This document shows positions 52,115 to 62,395 of a DNA stretch of 64,000 nucleotides, in pieces; position 1 is the first letter of the stretch, and each line of letters opens with the position of its first letter. Position numbers and translations under genes: made by a program. The stretch spans positions 65,543 through 129,542 of IMG/VR virus record IMGVR_UViG_3300023060_000001; one strand, given 5' to 3'. The DNA is from a virus (Duplodnaviria > Caudoviricetes). A model generated the notes under the pieces. It saw only the letters and a program-made list of their open reading frames with translations, was not told the origin of the DNA and did no database searches.

Positions 52115-52492
52115 TTACTTTACACTTCGGTACATTGTAACTGTTTGTTCAAAAGGTTCTACTTCTTCAATGGTGTCCTCGATGTAACTATATTCACAAC
52201 CATTGTAAGAGTAGTATGACCAGCTTGCACGGTAGTAGTTACCTTTAAGTTTTATAATACCAAAGCAGTGTTCACCTTCACCTTCGCCTCCATACTCTCC
52301 TTCTATCTTGCGCTCACAGTCAAAGGTTTTTAAGATAGACTCAACTTCTTCTGGAGTTTCTTTCCCCGAAGATAATTCATCAGACCAACGGGCATCTTTT
52401 GCATCAAAAAGCTCATAGTAAACTCTGGCACTTGACTCTACACCTAAAGCAGCAAACAACTCTTCAAAAACACTCATATCAACTTTACTCAT
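52115..52492 (-). CDS. Acidic hypothetical phage protein
   Basis: GGEGEGE...YYSYNG...EVEP motif; RBS AGGAG. Confidence 0.75.
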   Translation of the reverse strand: MSKVDMSVFEELFAALGVESSARVYYELFDAKDARWSDELSSGKETPEEVESILKTFDCERKIEGEYGGEGEGEHCFGIIKLKGNYYRASWSYYSYNGCEYSYIEDTIEEVEPFEQTVTMYRSVK

Positions 52493-52493
52493 A

Positions 52494-53255
52494 TTATTTC
52501 TCCTGTTCATTTATAAAAGAATTCAATTTTCTTACAATATCAATATTTGGGCGGGAATACTTATCAATATTCCTAATGATAAATTCACTTGCCCAACCTT
52601 TAGTTAATGATGTAATGGTTTTCCTAACCGCCCAAGGATAAGCTTTCATCCAAGGGGTTCCATTAGGTATAACCCACCTCTCATACGCAATAACGTGGAT
52701 CTCTTCCCAAAACATCAATATCTGCTCTGATTCTTCCATTTGGAAAAACTTATCCTTGTCAATCAGAACACTCTCTCCTTCACGTAAACACTTTTCATAC
52801 ATCGGCCTGTTAGGTGAAGATGCAACTTCGTGTAACAGGTCATGATCATAAACATAATTAACATGATCGGTGAAGAAATCCTCTTTTCCTTGTTTCAAGG
52901 ATAGAAAACTCTTATCACCTAATTCATCCTTCCAATAATGAATCAATTTTTCAAACAGTTCTTCCTCAATAGTGCAACCCTTTTGTTTCATAAACAATAC
53001 ATCAAGGTAGTGCTTTTTCCACATAATGTTATCCCAGCATAAATGAGAACACTTTATTGTGAATAAACTATTTGGTGTAGCACACCCATCGTAATCAACT
53101 TCCACTAAATCAAGTATGTGTCGAGGTATAATTTTTACATCAAGTCCTTTTCTCAAAGTAATTTCCTCATCACACCATATATCCAAGTCAGAAGGGTTTC
53201 TTCTGGAAAGGGAATACTTTTGTGCTGCTGTACTTCCGATGATTATTTGTTTCAT
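52494..53255 (-). CDS. Putative nucleotidyltransferase-fold protein
   Basis: IIIGSTA...SDLD (GS + DxD), TIKCSH, YDHDLLH, EEIHV.A.ER. Confidence 0.65.
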   Translation of the reverse strand: MKQIIIGSTAAQKYSLSRRNPSDLDIWCDEEITLRKGLDVKIIPRHILDLVEVDYDGCATPNSLFTIKCSHLCWDNIMWKKHYLDVLFMKQKGCTIEEELFEKLIHYWKDELGDKSFLSLKQGKEDFFTDHVNYVYDHDLLHEVASSPNRPMYEKCLREGESVLIDKDKFFQMEESEQILMFWEEIHVIAYERWVIPNGTPWMKAYPWAVRKTITSLTKGWASEFIIRNIDKYSRPNIDIVRKLNSFINEQEK

Positions 53256-53266
53256 GAGGTATCTCG

Positions 53267-53743
53267 CTAAAGTTCGTAAATTGTCACACTAGCATAACAC
53301 CCATCTAAACAATGTTCAATCAATTCTTTGATAATTTCTTGTTCACATCCACCAAGGCCAGCTCCGATCCAAGGGACACCAATTTTTAAACCACGAGGAT
53401 TCCTTGTGTCAATGTCCTGTAAATATGTGTACAAGTTACAAAACCCTTGTGCAATAGCGCCATAATTTGCATAACGTTTACCACTTCTACCATAGAATTC
53501 TTGACTGCAAAGGTTGATAACATTTCCACCACTGGATAAGTCTCCAAGAGGGATGTTCTTTTTACCAAAGTCAATCCATTGTTTGTATTGTTTCATGTAA
53601 GATTGGTAAGCTTCTGGTATACGTTTTCTGATTTCACCTGCGATTCCACTGGCAAATTTCCCTTGGCTATTCGTACCGTGTATCAAGTAATCAATTTCAT
53701 CATTTAATAAAGCATCTACCGCATTACCTTTAACTATTTTCAT
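53267..53743 (-). CDS. Macrodomain (ADP-ribose processing) protein
   Basis: IVKGNAV, IHGTNSQGKFASGIA, PWIGAGLGG. Confidence 0.88.
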   Translation of the reverse strand: MKIVKGNAVDALLNDEIDYLIHGTNSQGKFASGIAGEIRKRIPEAYQSYMKQYKQWIDFGKKNIPLGDLSSGGNVINLCSQEFYGRSGKRYANYGAIAQGFCNLYTYLQDIDTRNPRGLKIGVPWIGAGLGGCEQEIIKELIEHCLDGCYASVTIYEL

Positions 53744-54843
53744 AAAAACTCTCCTTCCTCAAACATCCACTCATGCACAACACAGCCCTTATCATAAATA
53801 AAAGTTCCCGCCCCAACCCTTTCAGCGTTATTAACCTTCGGACAAGAACAATCTTTGAAACCAAACCTGTATGTTTGATAATTCTTATCATAAGGAAATC
53901 CCCATAATAATTGTAACGTTGTTTCTAAGGATTCCACGCATTCTACAGCATCTTTATACGTTTCACAATAGAAAAGAGGACGTTGTTGGATAATATGAAT
54001 CTTGTCCATAACCGTTTGTATTGCTGAAATTGTACTTTCTGTCAAGTCCCTACTTCGTGCAAAAGAGTCATTCACTTTTGGAAATGAATCTTGTGGCAGG
54101 GTGTAATCTTCATCTTCAAAAGTTTCCCATCCCGAAAGTATATTATCCAGTGAATGTGGGTCTGTTCCTGTTGTCACAATATCACCTCCACACCTTTTCC
54201 AACATTATCCATAATTTTCTCATGTACGTCTGTACTCCAAATGGATTTCTCATTTACAATGTAAACACTTCCATTAAAAGGAAAACTTACCTCACAACAA
54301 TGGTATTCTGCAAGTGTGACAGCGTTTGTCCAAATGTCATAGTGACTTCCCATCTGCCAATCCATTTCAATCCGTTTAATGTTCATCTGATTCTCCTTGT
54401 GGAGGTATGGTTATATAAACAAAGCTTCCTTGATAACCAGAATAAGTTGTAACAGAAAAACCTCTTGCTTTCAAAAGTTCTTCCGTTTCAGAAAGACTTA
54501 CACCCTCTGGGATGGAAAACCCTTGTCTGTTATTGGTAAACTTTGGAAAAACTTCCTTCTCTAACCAAGTATCAATAATAGCGTTTTTATCGCTTTGTTT
54601 TAACTTTAATAAATTGTGTAAATCTTTTGCTGTTTTCATACTATTCCTCTATAATTCCGCTTTCATAACAACCACTTTACCAGATAACCATTCTGATAAA
54701 CGTTCCTCTGCATTAGCAAATATTTCATCTTTATCGGAAGTTTCTCCTGCTGCTAACACAAGGGTATTCGATTCATCGATAATGTAATATATAATATGCC
54801 CATCTTCTTCCCAGCTTTTAATTTTCACAAATCCTCTCCTCAA
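53740..54843 (-). other. Four hypothetical genes (53740-54177, 54174-54386, 54376-54639, 54649-54843)
   Basis: Coupled ORFs. Confidence 0.65.
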
Positions 54844-54867
54844 AAATTAAATCCTACCTACTATAAA

Positions 54868-55359
54868 TCACTTTTTCATTGAGCTCAACACTTTTATAGA
54901 ATTAATTACCTTATGATAATCATCAACACCCTCTATAAAGTATTCATCTTCGTTCCACAGGAACACAACACCCTCTTTATAGAAGCAGAGAGAGCCGTTC
55001 ACAGCGTGGCAATCTTCTTTGATACAATGGAGCATCTCATCTGAGAAAGTGCCTGATACTTCGTTTGAAGGGGCCTCATTATCGTTGTTGAGGGGTTCCT
55101 CTTGGCTAATGGTTGCTTGTGTAATGTTGTCCTCTTCTTCAAAAGGGATTTCTTCGAAGAATTGGAATTCTTGAGGGTTTATAAGATACTCCCTCTCACC
55201 GTAGATATCTGAGCTTAGAAGGTTACCGTCTTCCATAATGCCTTCAAAGTAACCTTTACTGTCATAAAATGCTATGAGATACCAGCGATTAAAGAGAGAA
55301 AGGGAAGTATACCCCTCTTTATCAATCAAACGAAATTTTCTCAATTTTTGATTATTCAT
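54868..55359 (-). CDS. Hypothetical protein sharing an N-terminal module with 30685-31251
   Basis: KLRKFRLIDKEGY...EFQFFEE. Confidence 0.75.
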   Translation of the reverse strand: MNNQKLRKFRLIDKEGYTSLSLFNRWYLIAFYDSKGYFEGIMEDGNLLSSDIYGEREYLINPQEFQFFEEIPFEEEDNITQATISQEEPLNNDNEAPSNEVSGTFSDEMLHCIKEDCHAVNGSLCFYKEGVVFLWNEDEYFIEGVDDYHKVINSIKVLSSMKK

Positions 55360-55362
55360 AAT

Positions 55363-56005
55363 TTATTCTCCTTTGTAAATTGATTTTAAATAATTCATTG
55401 TACTTTTAAAAGGGTCTTCCACAATAACAGTTGATGTCAAAATGTGATTAATCTTCTTCAATTGACTACCCTTTGTAACAACATTACCATCTTCATCCAA
55501 CCAAACTAAATTATCATAAGAGTGTAATTGTTGTTTAAGGTTATCCTTGTTCAAATAATCACATGTGAAACGGAATTTTCTTTTCAATTTGAATAGTTTG
55601 GAGAAAAGGTTATCCTCTAAAGTGTAATTCAATTCGAAAACACCATCTTCATTTGCTGTACAGTACCCTGTTGATTTCATATTATTCTCCTTTTAATTTT
55701 ATAGTAAGTAACCAACACATACCTTCACCTTCCTTGATACCTACATCAAAGCCTTCTGTTTGCAGATAATCGTCTATATCCCTAAGAGGAACTACTCCAT
55801 TAGAATCTGTAAAAGGGAGTGCAGGAGTAGTCTCTCTAGTCCCATACCTATTACATTGACTTTGTAAATACACTTCTTGTCGATTTTTAAATAAGCTTGA
55901 AAACTCATAAGAATTGAACCAAGAATACACTTCTGGATATCTAGATTTAAACTCTTTAATAAAGTGTGCTTTCTTTTCCTGTTGGATCTTTTCTGATAAA
56001 TTCAT
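55363..56005 (-). other. Two hypothetical genes (55363-55680, 55682-56005)
   Basis: RBSs AGGAG and GAGGA. Confidence 0.7.
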
Positions 56006-56040
56006 AATATTCCTCTCAAAGTTTTAATATTTAGAAACGA

Positions 56041-56109
56041 AAAAAGCTTGCATCGACGTCACCTCCGTTTCGATAAGGTAATATTAACGCAAGCTTTATA
56101 TTTTGTCAA
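56041..56109 (-). promoter_or_regulatory. Sigma70 promoter overlapped by a terminator-like stem
   Basis: TTGACA-17-TAATAT; AAAGCTTGC/GCAAGCTTT plus U-tract. Confidence 0.7.
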
Positions 56110-56138
56110 GAGGTATTTTGAAAAATGTTGGATTATTT

Positions 56139-56813
56139 TTACAACAGGGTCTCATTTTCCTCATTTAAACTTTCTAAAAGTATATTTGCATGAAGAATTA
56201 ACCCTTTCTTAACACGTTCATCCTCTTGCTCATTGGAAACTTTTAGGATGAGTGCGTGTTTGTAGGTGACGTAGGCTTCATATGCGAGTTGTTCTGTTGG
56301 GAATGAGCCTAGTTTCTTCTGTTTACCTGCCCCATTTTTGCATTGTGCTTGAAATTTTCCGGTGGCTTTACGAAAAGACACGCCTTGTTTATACTTACCT
56401 CTAGATTTACCATTGTCCGATAACAAGGTGTTAACCTGCCTACTAACAAAAACACAGGTTTGAGGAGAGTAAACCTTATTGTTAGGCAGGATTATATCCT
56501 TATCCAGTTGCTTCCCCTCCCAATCTTGTTTCTCCATCCACGATCTGAAGTTAGAAAAGGTATGCCACTCTTCACAAATGGTTACATCCTTATAAGTTGT
56601 GCGTGTTTCTTTGTATTTTTCAGAATACCCTCTCTCCACCATACTCTTCCATCTTTCGTAGTAAGGGCACTTATAAGTTTTACCCTTATTATCACGATAA
56701 GATATCTTGTATTCCGCATCGTTGATACCAACCCCACGTACCAACTTCCTCCTAGAAAGGCTCTTCTTGCTAGCAGTCACCATCGGAAACTCAAATTCTT
56801 CTTCTTCTTTCAT
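56139..56813 (-). CDS. Free-standing HNH-type homing endonuclease
   Basis: TYKDVTICEEW..FSNF..W, QLDKDII...YSPQTCVFV...N; AP2-like GVSF. Confidence 0.82.
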   Translation of the reverse strand: MKEEEEFEFPMVTASKKSLSRRKLVRGVGINDAEYKISYRDNKGKTYKCPYYERWKSMVERGYSEKYKETRTTYKDVTICEEWHTFSNFRSWMEKQDWEGKQLDKDIILPNNKVYSPQTCVFVSRQVNTLLSDNGKSRGKYKQGVSFRKATGKFQAQCKNGAGKQKKLGSFPTEQLAYEAYVTYKHALILKVSNEQEDERVKKGLILHANILLESLNEENETLL

Positions 56814-56814
56814 G

Positions 56815-58116
56815 TTAACTTTCCTTTACAATATAACAGTTATCACTAAAGCCTAACACGTATTCATAAGCCTTGTGCATAGTTTCCTTCAATTCTTTTT
56901 CCTTTTCAACGGTGCATCTAAAATCATCATGGACTTGAATCACTAATGTTTTATGGTTTTGAATCATACTATCAAGAACAAAATCATTTATTTCAGCTCC
57001 GACATTTTGTACACAATAACCCCTGTGACTACTAAAGAAAACTTCAGCTATCATATGGTGGTGATCTAGCATTATTTCTATCACTTCTGCTGTAGGTATC
57101 ATTTTAGAAGGGATTTTACCCTTTTTGTAAAGGTTCTCCAGATCCATGTTCTCACTTATCCACATGCTTAAAGCTCTCTTGGCCTGTGTTATGTTATCAC
57201 AATTTAAGCAGATTATGAATACAGCTTTGGCTAATTTACGGGCAGTTTTAACTTCATAACCTTTTTCGTGTAAAACCTCTAGTGTATACGGATCACCTTC
57301 CATAATCTCTTGTTTAATAGAATACGCGATAGATGGTTCAAAACCTTTGTAGTCGTAACAGCAGGTCTCCTCTCCGCCAATCACCACTTCATCTCTCTTC
57401 TCTCCATTTAACCTTTGATATTCACTAACCATTATAGACCTCCCACCGTGATCAAAATCTCTATTAAATACTTTATAAATTTGTGCATCTAATCTTGTAT
57501 CTCTGAAAGTAACTTCTACTTCCCTACTAAATTTATTGTATCGGTTTACATAATCAACTTTTTGTCTTGTTACTTCGTTAGTTCTGTAAGTTTTATCTTT
57601 TTTATTACCATGTGTATCTTCTTCTCTTAATATTAACACGTTATCTAAAGCATCAAAAGTGTCAGGTTTGGAGACATACTTATCGTATAAAGTTTTTAAT
57701 TTATCATTTACCTTGAAGTAACTTCTAGAAAATACAGTAGCTACCCATTGCTTATCCACAAAACCATAATCTTCAACTTCACCTCCCACAGTTAAATCTC
57801 CGTAATCTTTCTGATTTAAAAATTGGAATAGAGCTTTGGTGTAGGTATAACTAACTTTTCGTTTAGTATCTCGCCCATTAACTATAATCTTTTTGGAATA
57901 GTTTGTCTGGTCTAAAGTTATACCAAAAGTATCTCTTTTTGAAATGATACTTTTATTAAGGTTCAGAACGAAACATCCGACAGAAGCTTTTATAAGTTTT
58001 CTTTTATTTTCTGTTAACTTTACAAAATTATCCTCTAAATATTCTTCAAAATCCCTTACCAAAACCTCCCTTAATTTGAATAAATATTTAGGTATTTTGT
58101 GGTCTATCTTATACAC
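56815..58116 (-). CDS. Minimal family-A/T7-RNAP-superfamily polymerase-like protein
   Basis: HGGR, motif A CYDYKGFEP, motif B RKLAKAVFIICLN, QNVGAEI, motif C QVHDDF; no exonuclease motifs seen. Confidence 0.7.
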   Translation of the reverse strand: MYKIDHKIPKYLFKLREVLVRDFEEYLEDNFVKLTENKRKLIKASVGCFVLNLNKSIISKRDTFGITLDQTNYSKKIIVNGRDTKRKVSYTYTKALFQFLNQKDYGDLTVGGEVEDYGFVDKQWVATVFSRSYFKVNDKLKTLYDKYVSKPDTFDALDNVLILREEDTHGNKKDKTYRTNEVTRQKVDYVNRYNKFSREVEVTFRDTRLDAQIYKVFNRDFDHGGRSIMVSEYQRLNGEKRDEVVIGGEETCCYDYKGFEPSIAYSIKQEIMEGDPYTLEVLHEKGYEVKTARKLAKAVFIICLNCDNITQAKRALSMWISENMDLENLYKKGKIPSKMIPTAEVIEIMLDHHHMIAEVFFSSHRGYCVQNVGAEINDFVLDSMIQNHKTLVIQVHDDFRCTVEKEKELKETMHKAYEYVLGFSDNCYIVKES

Positions 58117-58246
58117 TTAAATCACCTCCGTTACACCCGCTTGTTTTTGTTATTTTTTATGAGTATTCAAACACTTAAATATCAATCTCCTTGTTTTTTC
58201 TCTTATAGGAGGGACTCCTACCGCAGAGAAGCGGAATACAACATCA

Positions 58247-60288
58247 CTACTCCTTCTCAATAAATGTAATAACATCTTCTAATAATTCTACCTTATCTTC
58301 TCCAGCATTCTCTGTAATATAGACATCCCCGTTATGATACGCCACCCATTCTAGATCGTTATCTAAATCTAAATAAAGAGTATCCCCTCTCATATCTATT
58401 TTATGTGTATAATCTATCAACTTCAAAACCATCTCCTTTTCCTAACAATATAATACAATTATACCAGTCATTTATTCTAATAGGAAGCCGTCTAGACGTC
58501 TAAACCAAACACCACCCACAAAAACACCCCGCCCCAACCCTGAATCATTCCCACAAGGATAGTCTTTGAGAAACTTGAATACCACTTCTCACAATACCCT
58601 CTCATCCCAAGGAAATCCACTTTCAATAAAATGAATAATGTCACAAGGTTTACCACTGGACACCAGAATAAGAAGGTTTGGGTGAATTGTTTTATAAATT
58701 TATTCATCTACACTTCTCCACATAGTATTCTCTACCATTTTTACAAATGTTATCCTCTTTGAAGTAAACCCAACTGTAATCTATTTCCATAAACCCATTC
58801 AAATCATAATCACTATCTTCTAAATCGGTTAGAATATTCACTAGTTTACCCTCGCCCATCGCAGCAAAAGATATAACTTCATCACCCACAGATAATAACT
58901 CCTTCCAATTATCCAAAGTAATCCTTGTTAAACGTGATTCCGCTCTCTCACAGCCATTCTCAGAAGATTTCTCACTCTCCGAAGGTGATTGCATAGGTGA
59001 AGTGTTATCGTTGCTCACAGGGGCTATTTCAGAGCTATCCTTACGTAGCTCAAATGTGATCCCGTTTCGGATACAAGTGTCGATAAAATCCGCCATAGTG
59101 TATTCCTCTGCGGAAAGAAGAATACTTTTAGCGTTGCCACCCACTTGTGTTAAAAGGGATTCCAATTTAGAAATTTCTAATTCTTCTAAAGTGGGAGTAC
59201 TTTTGTACATGTTATTGATTGTTTGCATAATGTTATTCTTCATCTCGTAACCACCCTACAGTTAAATTTACCAACCCAATACCGATATTACACAAGCTCA
59301 GTGTGTCAACTTCATATACACAGCCCATCATACCAATACCTAAACACCACCCACCAAAAGAAATCTGCCATTTTGACCAATCACTCATATTATTCCCCCC
59401 ACCAATTTATTTAAAATTTCATTACGATAAGCATAATCTTTCAACTTAGAGAAGTCAACCTTTAAATCAGATAATTCTTCCAATAAATCACCACTTAACC
59501 CAAGAAGGGTTTGTTCTAACATTCGTTTACTTTCAAAAGTTTCCTCTTTCTTAATGTAACCTTTCCAAAATGAAATGATTTTATCCTCAGGGAATTCCTC
59601 TGTGAATAAGTCTTTTGGAAAGATAAACCTCTTTGTGTCAGCGTAAGATTCATAAGGTTCAGTGTAGATTAAATTAACAATAATGTTCTCTCCTGTTTTC
59701 TGAGTACCCTCAATCACATAATGTGAATAAGATTCAAAATCATCTATGTCATCCAGTGTGTTAATTATTCCGTATATCCTATTATGTAATTTATTTTCTG
59801 AATTGAAATAATCTTCAAGCATATTCATAAGTTTAACTCCTCTTCTAAAACTTTTATCATGTAGTCTTTTAATTCTGAAACAGATATTGTACCAAAAGGA
59901 GAACAGTATAAAGAATCACCACTTTCCTGTAAGGCTCGGTTACTTTTGTCATGTTCCTCTTTAAAATGGATTAGCATCTTCTTGAGAGCTTTATACTCTG
60001 TCATGTTGGCCTCTTTCTTAGGAGGTTTACATCTAGGCATAGGTAATGTTTGCATAATTATTCTCCTTCCCAACGGCTGGTAAACAATTCATCAATATAA
60101 TCTTCCCATTCTTGATGGTAATTTGTAGGCTGTTGTTTATTACTTTGCATAAAGTTATCAATGCAGCAAACACCTTCTTCTTTCAACTCTTGTTTACATT
60201 CATCGCAAAGGTATTCATTGCGTTCATGTGACACATTATCACACATAATATTCTCACAGCCATTTCTATCGCAAGCTAGTACGCCCAT
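58247..60288 (-). other. Run of hypothetical genes (58247-58432, 58492-58707 membrane, 58704-59243, 59385-59828, 59825-60073, 60058-60288 Cys-rich)
   Basis: Coupled leftward ORFs. Confidence 0.65.
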
Positions 60289-60324
60289 AATTATTCTCCT
60301 ATTTATAAAAGTTTATTTCAGATA

Positions 60325-60383
60325 AAAGAAAACCCCGTTTCCTCAATGTGTCTAAGGATAACGGGGTTTTATGTTTGTGTCAA
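60325..60383 (-). promoter_or_regulatory. Sigma70 promoter overlapped by a terminator hairpin
   Basis: TTGACA-17-TATCCT; AAAACCCCGTT/AACGGGGTTTT plus U-tract. Confidence 0.7.
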
Positions 60384-60402
60384 GGGGTTATTTATTAAAA
60401 GT

Positions 60403-61317
60403 TTAAAATTCTAACCAAGGATTACCTACATTCACAACATTCAAACCTAAATCATACTTGAACATTCGTGAAACTGTAGGACGGTCATCTAATACAAGTT
60501 TCACATTGTAATTATGGTTTACATACTTGTTAAACAATTCTTTCTTGATAATAGTGTCTTTTCTACAATCACCCTGTGGGCGCATGTATAAATGGAAGTG
60601 ACCTTCCAATTCAGGGAAATACTTTTCAATCCAAAGTTGAGTATCTTCCATGCAAATAGAATCTCTCCCTGACATAAAGATAGGAACATAACCTTCTGCA
60701 ATAAGACCTTTTGCCATATGAATAATTTCGTAACGAGGAAAATCTTCTCCAACTTTATCCCATTCAAAAGGAGAGCGGTTGTGCATAGAAGCCAACGTGC
60801 CATCAATATCTAGTATTACCGCAGAAGGAACATCTTCTTTATTAGGATCATGCCAATTCTTCTTAAGGAAGCCGTCTGCGTAGTTTTTATATTGAGAAGT
60901 GATAACCTTATACCCAACACCAGAAAACCTCTTAGCGTCCCTCTCAAGGGATTCTAATAGGTCAACATGAAACACCTTCCCCTCAAAGGTATAATTCTTT
61001 AAACAACCCCACGTTTTAAAGTAATCTATATACTTTGGGTTAAGGTTGGTATCACTTATGATAATATTCTTACCCTTTTCAGTGGCATCTTTGATTAAAT
61101 GATGTTGCAACTCTGTGACTAATGCTTCATTACCTTTTGTGAATTTGTACTTACTCCAATCAATAGTTCCTCCTGTGAACAAGAAACCTCGGATGTCATC
61201 ACGATTGATATTAACCCAAGAATTCTTATTGTTCCCTTGAGAAAGGAAGTCATTAACCCAAGTGGTCTTTCCTGAACAACTAATACCTACTGTATAAATA
61301 AGTTTCTTACTTCTCAT
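60403..61317 (-). CDS. pseT: Polynucleotide 5'-kinase / 3'-phosphatase
   Basis: GISCSGKTT, NRDDIR, ISDTNL; HAD DIDGT, SGR, DDR. Confidence 0.93.
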   Translation of the reverse strand: MRSKKLIYTVGISCSGKTTWVNDFLSQGNNKNSWVNINRDDIRGFLFTGGTIDWSKYKFTKGNEALVTELQHHLIKDATEKGKNIIISDTNLNPKYIDYFKTWGCLKNYTFEGKVFHVDLLESLERDAKRFSGVGYKVITSQYKNYADGFLKKNWHDPNKEDVPSAVILDIDGTLASMHNRSPFEWDKVGEDFPRYEIIHMAKGLIAEGYVPIFMSGRDSICMEDTQLWIEKYFPELEGHFHLYMRPQGDCRKDTIIKKELFNKYVNHNYNVKLVLDDRPTVSRMFKYDLGLNVVNVGNPWLEF

Positions 61318-62383
61318 CTAAATTCTCCAATGTTGCCTCTAATAACTTAATCTTATAAGAATCTTTTAGATTATGCAACACTTTTAAAGGACAAACTCCA
61401 CTATTTCTTGCTTGGAACATGACACCTGAATAAAACACTTTATTATTAAGTGCAAATTCCTTTTTGTCTGTGATGCCTTTAGTTTTATTAAACTGAGTAA
61501 TACATAATGATTCTAAAGTATTCCATGCTGATACGAAAGGTGTGAAGTATTCCTTATCCTCAGGAAACACTGCTAAGTACTCATCTAGTTCCCTTATTAC
61601 AACTAATTCCTTAGCACGTTTAGGTGATAACCCTTCTCCTTTTAATCTATGACCTATGAGGTACTGAGGAGATTTGACCTTCACAACAGGGATTCCCTCC
61701 TTATAACCAACATAACCTTCTTCTAAATTTGGTAGGTGTTTTAAACTTTCCATACATTCTTGTGTTGTATTAAAAGAGTATTTTCGTGGAAGGTGGTATT
61801 TAGTTGTAACAATTTCCGAATAATCCCCACTAAGGTTATGTCTAATTGCTAAAAGGTAAGCTCTGTCCTCAAGGTAATTAACCACAACACGATTCTCTCT
61901 TCCAACTATTTCAAAGATGTACGTACAAGACTTATCCAAACCTTTCATGTTGTCCCAATCTAAAGCAGATTCTATTAAGTCTTTCCAAGTGCGATCCCAT
62001 CCTTGAACAGATAGTAATGGCATTAACATACTCTTGGTACGATACATCCAACCATATGGTTCACAATAGAATACACTTATCAAACTCCCATCCACCTTTT
62101 CGTAAATGGTTAAATCTTCGAGTTCAAAAGTTATATCGTTTTCTCCTTGGTTGAAGAATCTATCAAAAGCACGACTTACCACAGAGTATGTTACACCATC
62201 TAATTCTTCTTTTATTACAAGAGATCGACACTCTCGTACAATAGGATGATTTTTAGGTGAATCTATTTGGTTATAATTTAACACTCTTAGGTTAGGAAAC
62301 CTTTCATCAACAGAAACTTTGATTGAAAATTCCTCTACTAATTTTTCTAAACCATATTTGTTCAAATATTCTAATACTTTCAT
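61307..62383 (-). CDS. rnlA: RNA ligase 1 (T4 Rnl1-like)
   Basis: ECRSL, AFDRFFN, EKVDGS, FEIV, EEGYV, KVKS. Confidence 0.9.
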   Translation of the reverse strand: MKVLEYLNKYGLEKLVEEFSIKVSVDERFPNLRVLNYNQIDSPKNHPIVRECRSLVIKEELDGVTYSVVSRAFDRFFNQGENDITFELEDLTIYEKVDGSLISVFYCEPYGWMYRTKSMLMPLLSVQGWDRTWKDLIESALDWDNMKGLDKSCTYIFEIVGRENRVVVNYLEDRAYLLAIRHNLSGDYSEIVTTKYHLPRKYSFNTTQECMESLKHLPNLEEGYVGYKEGIPVVKVKSPQYLIGHRLKGEGLSPKRAKELVVIRELDEYLAVFPEDKEYFTPFVSAWNTLESLCITQFNKTKGITDKKEFALNNKVFYSGVMFQARNSGVCPLKVLHNLKDSYKIKLLEATLENLDEK

Positions 62384-62395
62384 AATAATTTTCCT

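Noticed and set aside
56815-58116. Reverse transcriptase, retron or main replicative polymerase
   Set aside because: No YxDD RT signature; motifs are family-A-like; too short and lacks exonuclease for a replicase.
435-60806. Many antisense or nested short track ORFs (e.g. 435-626, 5025-5354, 12105-12407, 36166-36447, 49873-50211, 54021-54452, 56460-56849, 60519-60806)
   Set aside because: Shadows of well-supported genes on the other strand or frame, lacking RBS and protein-like composition.
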